A stretch of 13,860 nt of DNA from Methanobacteriaceae archaeon. GTDB lineage: Archaea > Methanobacteriota > Methanobacteria > Methanobacteriales > Methanobacteriaceae. The translations under genes and the position numbers were made by a program. The stretch spans positions 1 to 13,860 of the forward strand of contig PWMT01000112.1 of NCBI GenBank assembly GCA_003558085.1, given 5' to 3'. A model generated the notes under the pieces. That model saw nothing but the letters and a program-made list of their open reading frames with translations. It did not search any database and was not told the DNA's origin. This document shows, one piece after another, positions 6,952-13,860 of the stretch. Within the stretch, counting starts at the first letter, position 1. Each line of letters starts with the position of its first letter.

Positions 6952-7902
6952 TCACTTTAGTAGATATATTCTAAGTAAAGCATAAATTAGATAAGTGCTG
7001 ATTAAAATTATCCCACTTACCCTATTTAATTTAATGCCTTCCCTTTTAATGAGTATAAGTAGTAATAAATTTACCAAAATCATTACCTGTGCATCGAAAA
7101 TTAAGGAAAATGTTTCCACAGTAATATTTATAAATAATGCAGGTATTCCAATTCCCATTAGAATATTAAAGATGTAACTACCTAGTACGGTTCCTATGGA
7201 TAATTCATGTAAACCTTTTATGCGGAGGTAATAGTAACCATCATCTCTGGTATACTGGTACCTATAGACAAAATAAAAAGTCCCATAATCATTTCTGATA
7301 TTCCAGCTAATTGTGCTAACTCTGTTCCGGTGAACACTAAAATTCTACAACCTATTATTAAGCCTATAATCCCCAATATAACTAATAGTAACTCTTTTAT
7401 GGTGATTTCTTTCTTTTTAAAATTTTTCTTTTTATTTCCATCTGAATATTGTTTTTGGGCTTTAATTAAAAGCCATAGATAAAATAGATAAACCAAGATC
7501 AGTACGGAGGCCATTCTGGTTATATGGCCCCATGCCATGAAAAATATTAAAATTAATCCAGTTGCCAGGGTTATAATGCCATCTCTTACAATATTCCTAG
7601 CATCGGCTGTAATACTTCCAGCAAATATAGCACACAATCCTAATATTCCTGCTAAGTTCCAATATTTGAGCCAAAAACCGTTCCCACACCAATTCTGTGC
7701 TTCCTGTTAATGAAGCAATTAGTGCCGAGCCGAACTCATGTAGCGATGTACCTATAGCAGCTGCAGTAACTTCTTAAATATTCTTTGAAATCCCTAGAGA
7801 TAATCCACTATCCATAATGTTATCTACAAATATATCTGAAGATTTTATTATTATAATTAAGGAAAAACCCAATGCTGTAATCAATATTATTATTTCTAAC
7901 AA
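6952..7902 (-). pseudogene. Disrupted calcium/sodium antiporter (CaCA family), paralog of 8039..8992
   Basis: Manual reconstruction: TTG start at 7902 (SD GCGGTG), MLEIIILITALGFSLIIIIKSSDIFVDN..., in-frame TAA at 7776..7774, and three 1-nt deletions (about 7693, 7662, 7220) joining ORFs 7218..7637 and 6952..7158. Retains GTSL(H)EF, GTVFGSNIWN, GTSIPE and GTVLGSYIFN. Confidence 0.92.
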
Positions 7903-7931
7903 ATAAAACACCGCTAAAATTATCTCTAGAT

Positions 7932-7947
7932 ATTATAAACTTTTTTT
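7932..7947 (-). promoter_or_regulatory. Candidate BRE + TATA for the pseudogene-usp transcript
   Basis: Minus strand reads AAAAAAAG-TTTATAAT, about 30 nt upstream of the TTG at 7902. Confidence 0.5.
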
Positions 7948-8038
7948 AAAGTTGATAGTAATAGCTTAATTAATTTCTTTAATAAGTTAGTTCTTTAATT
8001 GCAAAATTTTTATAATGACTCTTTAGGCCATGATTTAA

Positions 8039-8992
8039 TTAAAATGGTGTTAAAGTTCTAAAGAGTAGGTAAAGACCATAGAAGAAAATTAGAATGATCC
8101 CTTCTCTACGACTAAGCCTATATTTCATACGCATTAACACTAGAATGGTGATAATCATTAATATCATCACTGGTGTATCATAGAAAATAGCAATATTATC
8201 CACAGGTATAGTTACCAGTAAGGCCGGCACTCCTAAACCGATGAGAATATTGAATATGAAACTTCCTAGTACAGTTCCTATAGCCAGATTAGAGAGGCCT
8301 CTTTGAGCAGAAGTTAATACTGTGAAAAATTCTGGAGAAGTAGTACCAAAAGCCAATAATATACCGGCAAACATGGCAGGAATGCTGTAAATATCAGATA
8401 TTTCAACAGTACAGTACACCATAATCCGGCACCCAATGGCTAAACCAAATAATCCGATTAAGCCCCACCAAATATTTTTCCGTATGTTTCTAGTATTTTT
8501 ATCTTCTTCTTTAACAATTTTTAATTGATTTTCTTTTTTCTGGTCTTTTATCAAATAATAAATATAAACAAGATAAGCTAGTATGAGAATAGAACCTGTC
8601 AACAAATTAACATTGTTAAAAATAAGTAAAAAAATGAAGAGTATTAAGGAGGTGATTAAGGCCATTGAACCATCTCGCTTTAGAGAAGATTTTTTGGTGG
8701 AAATGATGCCAGATAAAATAGCAGATATTCCTAATATACCTCCAATGTTCCATATATTAGCCCCTAGGGCTAAGCCCACCCCTAAGTCTGGGCTGCCACT
8801 TAAAATGGAAATTATAGCAGAACCGAATTCAGGAAGAGAGGTCCCCATAGCTGCAGCAGTTACCCCTAAAACCACTTCTGAAATACCAAAAGAGGATCCT
8901 ATCTCAACCAGATTTTCCACAAAAATATCTGCAGCCTTAATGACTGCAAGAAGAGCTATAAGGAGTAAAATTATAAGAATTAATCCTAACAT
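8039..8992 (-). CDS. Calcium/sodium antiporter (CaCA superfamily, YrbG/NCX_Mj-like)
   Basis: 317 aa with about 10 hydrophobic segments in two repeats. Alpha-1 GTSLPEF...GANIWN and alpha-2 GTTSPEF...GSFIFN, separated by a charged central loop. Confidence 0.93.
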   Translation of the reverse strand: MLGLILIILLLIALLAVIKAADIFVENLVEIGSSFGISEVVLGVTAAAMGTSLPEFGSAIISILSGSPDLGVGLALGANIWNIGGILGISAILSGIISTKKSSLKRDGSMALITSLILFIFLLIFNNVNLLTGSILILAYLVYIYYLIKDQKKENQLKIVKEEDKNTRNIRKNIWWGLIGLFGLAIGCRIMVYCTVEISDIYSIPAMFAGILLAFGTTSPEFFTVLTSAQRGLSNLAIGTVLGSFIFNILIGLGVPALLVTIPVDNIAIFYDTPVMILMIITILVLMRMKYRLSRREGIILIFFYGLYLLFRTLTPF

Positions 8993-9025
8993 TATTTTTC
9001 ACAGAACAATCTTTCCCTTTACTAT

Positions 9026-9039
9026 GTATATAGTTTTTT
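9026..9039 (-). promoter_or_regulatory. Candidate BRE + TATA for the intact antiporter
   Basis: Minus strand reads AAAAAAC-TATATAC, about 35 nt upstream of ATG 8992. Confidence 0.4.
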
Positions 9040-9141
9040 AAAAATAAGAGTAGTACTAGGCATCCATACAAAATCATTTAGGATTAAAGAAATTATATTA
9101 TCAATTAAAAGTCTATGGGATAGTCTAAGAGAAATGTATTC

Positions 9142-9174
9142 AAAAAAAAAAAATAATTAGGCGCTAAACGCCTA
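9142..9174 (-). terminator. Hairpin + T12 terminator of the mtr operon
   Basis: After the mtrH TAA the minus strand reads TAGGCG-TTTAG-CGCCTA (9174..9158), then ATTA and 12 T (9153..9142). Confidence 0.85.
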
Positions 9175-9175
9175 T

Positions 9176-10108
9176 TTAAAGCAATTTGAAGAATGGGTGT
9201 TCTTCGATAGGTTCAGTGCCTATGTCACTGGCAGCTTCTGATATGAATATATCAGCCATACCGCAAGCAGGGAAAGCCATTTTAGAGTTTTCTATAGGAC
9301 CATACAGTACGAAATCACCGCCTACTGTTTGCTGGATTAAGTTGGATCCAACGTCACATACTGGCCAGGCTTCAGGATGATCTTTTTTGTATTCCCGTAG
9401 CCAATCCCAGGCAGACGGTACATTGTGAATACCACTTCCCACCGGGTAACCCCATTTACTCTTAACCGCAAATGATGTTCTACAGGGAGGCCCAGCTCCC
9501 TGACCTAGTGGGGTTATAGCAACATCCATGAATGGTTTAGTGATTCCACAATCTTCTGACATAGCCAGAAGACCTTTATCCAAAACGCTTCCACCACTTT
9601 CCCAGATATTAATTTTACCTTCAACACCAGGTTCCATAGGATTGAAACCTAATACAATGGAAGCTGAAATATCAGTCTCTCGAATTGCATCCAATTCAGT
9701 CTCTTCTGAGGCCATGTTAATGGAATTGTAAATGGCTCTGTCTGCTATTCCTGCGTCATGAGCATATTTTGAACCAGCGATTTTAGCCTCAGCTGAAGTT
9801 GAATCTATCATGAATGGTGCATCTGTTACTTCACCTACAAATTCCAAGTACTTCACAATAGCTTCAGGAGTTTGACCGAAAGTCTGAACGATACACGGGT
9901 TTCCAGTGACATCAGACATTTCTTCCATTTCTTTTATTAGTGCATCTGCCTTGTCTTTATCAAAGACACCTGCTTTTTCGTCTTCAATTATAGAGTGTCC
10001 TCCGTAAAATATAGTTCCAGCCAATACAGTTGGATATTCGCCAGGTTGGCCTCCAACCTGAACTCCGGCAACATCTATTACAACTTGTTCTTTATCAAAC
10101 CTAAACAT
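9176..10108 (-). CDS. mtrH: Tetrahydromethanopterin S-methyltransferase subunit H
   Basis: 310 aa with MFRFDKEQ, GGQPGEYPTVLAGTIFY, IDSTS, YNSIN, GSGIHNVPSAWDWL and GDFVLYGPIEN. Confidence 0.97.
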   Translation of the reverse strand: MFRFDKEQVVIDVAGVQVGGQPGEYPTVLAGTIFYGGHSIIEDEKAGVFDKDKADALIKEMEEMSDVTGNPCIVQTFGQTPEAIVKYLEFVGEVTDAPFMIDSTSAEAKIAGSKYAHDAGIADRAIYNSINMASEETELDAIRETDISASIVLGFNPMEPGVEGKINIWESGGSVLDKGLLAMSEDCGITKPFMDVAITPLGQGAGPPCRTSFAVKSKWGYPVGSGIHNVPSAWDWLREYKKDHPEAWPVCDVGSNLIQQTVGGDFVLYGPIENSKMAFPACGMADIFISEAASDIGTEPIEEHPFFKLL

Positions 10109-10129
10109 ACGTAAACCTCCAAATCCAAT

Positions 10130-10384
10130 CTATATGCCTAATAAGGACAGGAACGCCCCTATGGCTAAGACTCTGTACGTAATTAACAGGATAATTAATC
10201 CTATTATTAATCCATATAAAATACCTACATCTCTACCTACTTGTTGACCTAATCTTTGGTAGTATTCACCAGCAGTAAATTCTACCTTTTCTTCGATATC
10301 GTCCAATCTAGTATTGGCATTGTTAAAGTCGTCAGCAGAGACCAGTACACGGGGTATGGTAGTTTTCTCATTTTCATCAGACAT
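10130..10384 (-). CDS. mtrG: Mtr subunit G
   Basis: 84 aa with [33 protein letters not shown] and a C-terminal TM helix; operon position. Confidence 0.96.
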   Translation of the reverse strand: MSDENEKTTIPRVLVSADDFNNANTRLDDIEEKVEFTAGEYYQRLGQQVGRDVGILYGLIIGLIILLITYRVLAIGAFLSLLGI

Positions 10385-10389
10385 TCATA

Positions 10390-10593
10390 TCACCCCATCA
10401 ACAAAGCCCATAAAAGGGGCAGGCCCACTAGTATCAGTGCCAGTATAAAACCAATAGCCATACCACTTATACGGGTAACTATTAGACCAGCAAAGAGTCG
10501 ACCGTCACGACCAATCAATTGACTTCGATATTTCATATCTTCAACTACGTTTTTTATGCCGCGTAGGTTTGGTTTATTAGATAATATTATCAT
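10390..10593 (-). CDS. mtrF: Mtr subunit F
   Basis: 67 aa with SNKPN...VEDMKYRSQLIGRDGRLFAG and a TM helix; operon position. Confidence 0.95.
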   Translation of the reverse strand: MIILSNKPNLRGIKNVVEDMKYRSQLIGRDGRLFAGLIVTRISGMAIGFILALILVGLPLLWALLMG

Positions 10594-10607
10594 TTAGAAA
10601 CCTCCCA

Positions 10608-11327
10608 CTAGAATATAAAGAGTAGTACTCCCACAGTCAGCATAAAGGCCAGTCCTAACATTATACCTTGGACTTTACCAGAGTACATTCCAGCAAACAT
10701 CCGGTTAGCCGTACCGACCAATTTGACTTGGGTCTGAATATTTCGCATTCTAGCTTCGATAAGAGCGGTTTCAGGAGCAACAGGCCTTACTTCTTCGCCT
10801 TCCTCTTCGTCTCCTTCTTCTTCCACTTCTATTATCATAGCTTCTTCTTCAAATGCTCCAGGATCCTTTTCAATACACTCTTTTACCTTAGATTGTATAG
10901 TGCTTGCATCTTCCACATCTATCAAATTCACAATTTCCAACTGTTGCTGGAAACGTTCAATACCTTCATCAGGTACATTTTCAATATATGGAATGGCGCC
11001 AGTAGCACCTTCAATTTTTCGTTTGTCAGGATCTATACCATTTGCGTGAAGAGCTTCTACACTTTGGCCAACAATATGTCCTTGTACCTCTGATCCACAT
11101 AAGACGAGGAAGCGAATGTTTGGGTTGGATATGATATTAGCCATCATCTTTTCAATACCGAGGTTTTCGGTTTTGCATGGTCCGGCAATAGCAGCACCAG
11201 CATCTACAGGTACATCTTCATTGTGAGAAGCAAGAGTAGTAGCAGCTACTGGGCTTTCAGGATCCCCTACTATGTAGTCTCCATTAATTACCGGCCATCC
11301 TTCTGCAGGTGATTTTTTTTCAGCCAC
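10608..11327 (-). CDS. mtrA: Mtr subunit A (corrinoid protein)
   Basis: 239 aa, GTG start with [36 protein letters not shown] (cobalt-ligand His), GAIPYIEN, acidic linker and C-terminal anchor. Confidence 0.97.
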   Translation of the reverse strand: MAEKKSPAEGWPVINGDYIVGDPESPVAATTLASHNEDVPVDAGAAIAGPCKTENLGIEKMMANIISNPNIRFLVLCGSEVQGHIVGQSVEALHANGIDPDKRKIEGATGAIPYIENVPDEGIERFQQQLEIVNLIDVEDASTIQSKVKECIEKDPGAFEEEAMIIEVEEEGDEEEGEEVRPVAPETALIEARMRNIQTQVKLVGTANRMFAGMYSGKVQGIMLGLAFMLTVGVLLFIF

Positions 11328-11339
11328 TTATAACACCTC

Positions 11340-11642
11340 CTAAAGCAGTAAAGCAATCAGCAAGATTAAACCCAGTATGAAACCATACACTATGTTGGTT
11401 AGTTTACCTGCAGTGAGGTATACTCCTTCCCTTCCAGGGAAAGCACCCTCAGAAGTGGTGGAAGGATCAAGTGAGTTAACAAGGTCATCTGCTGTAGCCT
11501 CTAAAGTATTTATTTCTGAGTTTATATCATCCATTGATAATATTAAGATCTCTCTGCCAAGAGCAGCACCGATCATACCAGTGGAGGGATCTAAAGTTAA
11601 ATTTGATTCAGGAACTACTTTAATTAAAGGTAACATTTCCAT
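11340..11642 (-). CDS. mtrB: Mtr subunit B
   Basis: 100 aa with [32 protein letters not shown] and a C-terminal TM helix. Confidence 0.96.
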   Translation of the reverse strand: MEMLPLIKVVPESNLTLDPSTGMIGAALGREILILSMDDINSEINTLEATADDLVNSLDPSTTSEGAFPGREGVYLTAGKLTNIVYGFILGLILLIALLL

Positions 11643-11653
11643 TTTGATTCCTC

Positions 11654-12457
11654 CTATTCCTCCTCTTTAGGCCATAGCCCAGCCCATTTTACAGATGCTG
11701 CCTCATTATAGGAAGCTGTAAAGAAAGACCTTATAGATATAAACCATGATAAAGCACCAATTACTGCCACTACCCACCAGGCTTCAGAAACTCCTATGGC
11801 TAAAAGTCCAATTATAGCCATGGATAAAAATCCAGTGGATGCAGCTAATTTCAAGGTTCTTAACTGATTTTCATTTGGTCCTAAACAGGCGTTGAAAGGA
11901 TGTTGTATGGCCATGGTGTTCAAAATGAACAAAAGGGCAATATATCCTGTGGCAACTACTGAAGTCATGATGGCTTGCATGGAATAAGTTCCTGCAATGG
12001 CTGCAGAGAATCCAAGAACCGATAAAGCAGCCGCACCAGATATTTCAGCGGTACATCTCTCCAAGATAGGAATTTTCATATTAATTATTTTTTTACCTAC
12101 AAGGGCAACAATGGCCCCTAAAATCATGGCTAATATTAATCCTAATATAGGGCCAATTGGGAGGGCTGGTAATAAAAACGCGCCAGCTAATCCACCTATA
12201 GCACCTACAATACCTATTGCCAATGACATATATCCAATGGAAGGTACACCTGTACCTAGACCATAACTAGCTACTCTTCGGATCGCGTCAGCACCCCATA
12301 CTATAGCGCAAACTGCACCTACTGAAGCAATTAACGGCCCTAAAATCGGATTGAGGGGAGTGACATATATACCCACAAGCCCTCCTACAATTCCCAGAGC
12401 CATTAGTCTTCCCGGGGCTATGGCGGCGCCGGCGGGTCCACCCGCTGCAACTGACAT
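11654..12457 (-). CDS. mtrC: Mtr subunit C
   Basis: 267 aa from ATG 12457 (TAATG overlap with mtrD; SD GGAGGTG). Contains [21 protein letters not shown] and [14 protein letters not shown]. Confidence 0.96.
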   Translation of the reverse strand: MSVAAGGPAGAAIAPGRLMALGIVGGLVGIYVTPLNPILGPLIASVGAVCAIVWGADAIRRVASYGLGTGVPSIGYMSLAIGIVGAIGGLAGAFLLPALPIGPILGLILAMILGAIVALVGKKIINMKIPILERCTAEISGAAALSVLGFSAAIAGTYSMQAIMTSVVATGYIALLFILNTMAIQHPFNACLGPNENQLRTLKLAASTGFLSMAIIGLLAIGVSEAWWVVAVIGALSWFISIRSFFTASYNEAASVKWAGLWPKEEE

Positions 12458-13155
12458 TAGAAGACACCTCCATTTATTAAGAGTAATGATATTACTCCGA
12501 TTACCACCGAAGCAATTAAACAAGCAACTATTCCACTCCCAATTTTCTTAAATTTGGGATCGTGAAATCCTTCTATAGTACCTCCTATATTATAGGAAGC
12601 AATCACTGCGTTAATGAAAAATATGCCTACTGCAAATATACCGGCTAGACCAACAGCAGCTTCTGCAAATCCAGTGCCTTGTAATGCTTCAAATAAGCCC
12701 CAGTAGATTAATCCTCCACCAATTCCACCTAAGGCAGCACCAATTAAACCACTAATGAAACACACCGTAGGAAGACCATGCCCTTCAGTACCAGGTGAAA
12801 CATATTTTTCTTGATTTAACCTAGTTATAGGGTCTACTGTAACCTTAGCTGAAGCAGGTACACAACCTACACCATATACAAATATTAAGTTACCTACTAG
12901 CATGGTAATTCCAATCATTAGCATAGCACCCACTGCCCCGGCAGCCATAATCATTAAAGGCGACTGACCAGTCATGAGAGCAGCAGTGATTAAACCAGTT
13001 AAACCAGCACCGGCGGCTAACATAGCTGTACCGGTACCTACACCTGTAGCAGTTGCCATAGCTGCAGGAGCGCCCCCCACAGGTACGAAATGAACTCCGC
13101 CCCCTATGAGAACCCCACCGACAGTTATAGCTCCGATTAATGTTAATGGATCCAT
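12457..13155 (-). CDS. mtrD: Mtr subunit D
   Basis: 232 aa with [32 protein letters not shown] and [18 protein letters not shown]. Confidence 0.97.
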   Translation of the reverse strand: MDPLTLIGAITVGGVLIGGGVHFVPVGGAPAAMATATGVGTGTAMLAAGAGLTGLITAALMTGQSPLMIMAAGAVGAMLMIGITMLVGNLIFVYGVGCVPASAKVTVDPITRLNQEKYVSPGTEGHGLPTVCFISGLIGAALGGIGGGLIYWGLFEALQGTGFAEAAVGLAGIFAVGIFFINAVIASYNIGGTIEGFHDPKFKKIGSGIVACLIASVVIGVISLLLINGGVF

Positions 13156-13166
13156 TTTATATCCTC

Positions 13167-13860
13167 CTATTCTTCCTTGTATGGTCCATAATTAGTTCTA
13201 GCGAACATTTCTACTCTACTATTGAGTATTATCAGTATTAGGACTATTATTAAACCTGCTATTAAGCCTCCAGTTAAACCGAACACAATGGTGATCCAGA
13301 AACTAAAGAAGACAATTGTCCCAAAGGCTAAACCAGTAAGCGGACCTCCGTATTTTGCACAGAAGTTTACTACATCCATGGAGTTCCTGGCTCCCATCTC
13401 AGCTTTAGTTACTATGTCACCGTGCACAGATACAGGGACTCCCGCACCAAAGGGATACTGTTGATATTGTCTTTCAGCTCCGTAATGAACGTCGCCTGTA
13501 GATGAACCTATCGCCCCAATAGTTATTCCCCATATCACAGCCAGAAGTGGGAGTGGGAATGGGTGAGCGGGTTGTAAGGCTGTAATCATCAGATAGGATA
13601 ATCCTACAATAGAAAAAGTAGTTATAAATCCATGCCCAGCAATCGGTCCTAATGATTGGACCAAAATATCTAGGTATAATGGTTGATTGAATTGGGATTG
13701 GCTAACAATCCGTCCCATGTGAGATGTTGCAGTATATATCGAGTGTACTAAAGCAGCTATTAAAGCCCCTATAGCTATAGCCATTATCACTGGTAAACCT
13801 AATGCAGATATCATTGCAAATGTTACAGAACCGTCTATACCACACCAAGCCCCGTAAGAT
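13167..13860 (-). CDS. mtrE: Mtr subunit E (Na+-translocating); 5' end lies outside the window
   Basis: The frame is open to the window edge (...[21 protein letters not shown]...). Contains the conserved [22 protein letters not shown] and [11 protein letters not shown]. Confidence 0.97.
   Translation of the reverse strand, partial: SYGAWCGIDGSVTFAMISALGLPVIMAIAIGALIAALVHSIYTATSHMGRIVSQSQFNQPLYLDILVQSLGPIAGHGFITTFSIVGLSYLMITALQPAHPFPLPLLAVIWGITIGAIGSSTGDVHYGAERQYQQYPFGAGVPVSVHGDIVTKAEMGARNSMDVVNFCAKYGGPLTGLAFGTIVFFSFWITIVFGLTGGLIAGLIIVLILIILNSRVEMFARTNYGPYKEE

Noticed and set aside
6952-7902. Programmed frameshifting or stop readthrough as an explanation for the broken antiporter
   Set aside because: It would need four recoding events. 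There are no slippery heptamers at the breaks, the stop is TAA (not Sec/Pyl), and a core motif carries a missense change.
10790-10850. TTC/CTT-type repeats in mtrA
   Set aside because: They encode the ordinary Glu-rich linker of MtrA.
12410-12447. Locally GC-rich, self-complementary stretch at the mtrC 5' end
   Set aside because: Explained by the [13 protein letters not shown] coding sequence.
12288-12473. 61-aa Cys/Arg-rich same-strand ORF overlapping mtrD/mtrC
   Set aside because: Alternate-frame by-product of the Gly/Ala-rich mtrC codons; no independent support.
12458-12523. N-terminal extension of mtrC in the ORF track (TTG at 12523)
   Set aside because: It overlaps mtrD. ATG 12457 has a strong SD and TAATG coupling and gives the expected length of about 267 aa.
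228-13464. Antisense ORFs from the track (e.g. 228..539, 1156..1377, 2738..2974, 5597..6124, 6540..6842, 8583..9041, 10668..11093, 11377..11670, 13222..13464)
   Set aside because: All are shadows on the opposite strand of well-conserved genes, with no recognisable motifs.

Overview
Conserved methanogenesis core region of a low-GC hydrogenotrophic methanogen (Methanobacteriaceae-like, inferred from protein sequences and gene order). The minus strand carries the Na+-pumping methyltransferase operon mtrE(partial)DCBAFGH, which ends in a hairpin + T12 terminator. Downstream on the same strand are an intact Ca2+/Na+ (CaCA) antiporter, a tandem pseudogenised paralog of it, a universal stress protein, methanogenesis marker protein 14, cobY and a PRC-barrel protein. 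The plus strand carries the minimal SUF pair sufC-sufB (smsCB), transcribed divergently from the [NiFe]-hydrogenase operon mvhD-mvhG-mvhA(start only). No mobile elements, CRISPR arrays or RNA genes were recognised. Most notable observations: (1) four GTAC palindromes in exact 12-bp register upstream of mvhD, forming two interleaved 28-bp dyads with NikR-operator geometry; (2) marker protein 14 shows all five actin/Hsp70 (ASKHA) ATPase motifs plus an N-terminal membrane-targeting-like helix, next to mtr and cobY, suggesting a corrinoid loading or reactivation module for Mtr; (3) the antiporter copy with canonical ion-site residues is decaying while the copy with altered residues is intact; (4) a probable CTG start codon for sufC.
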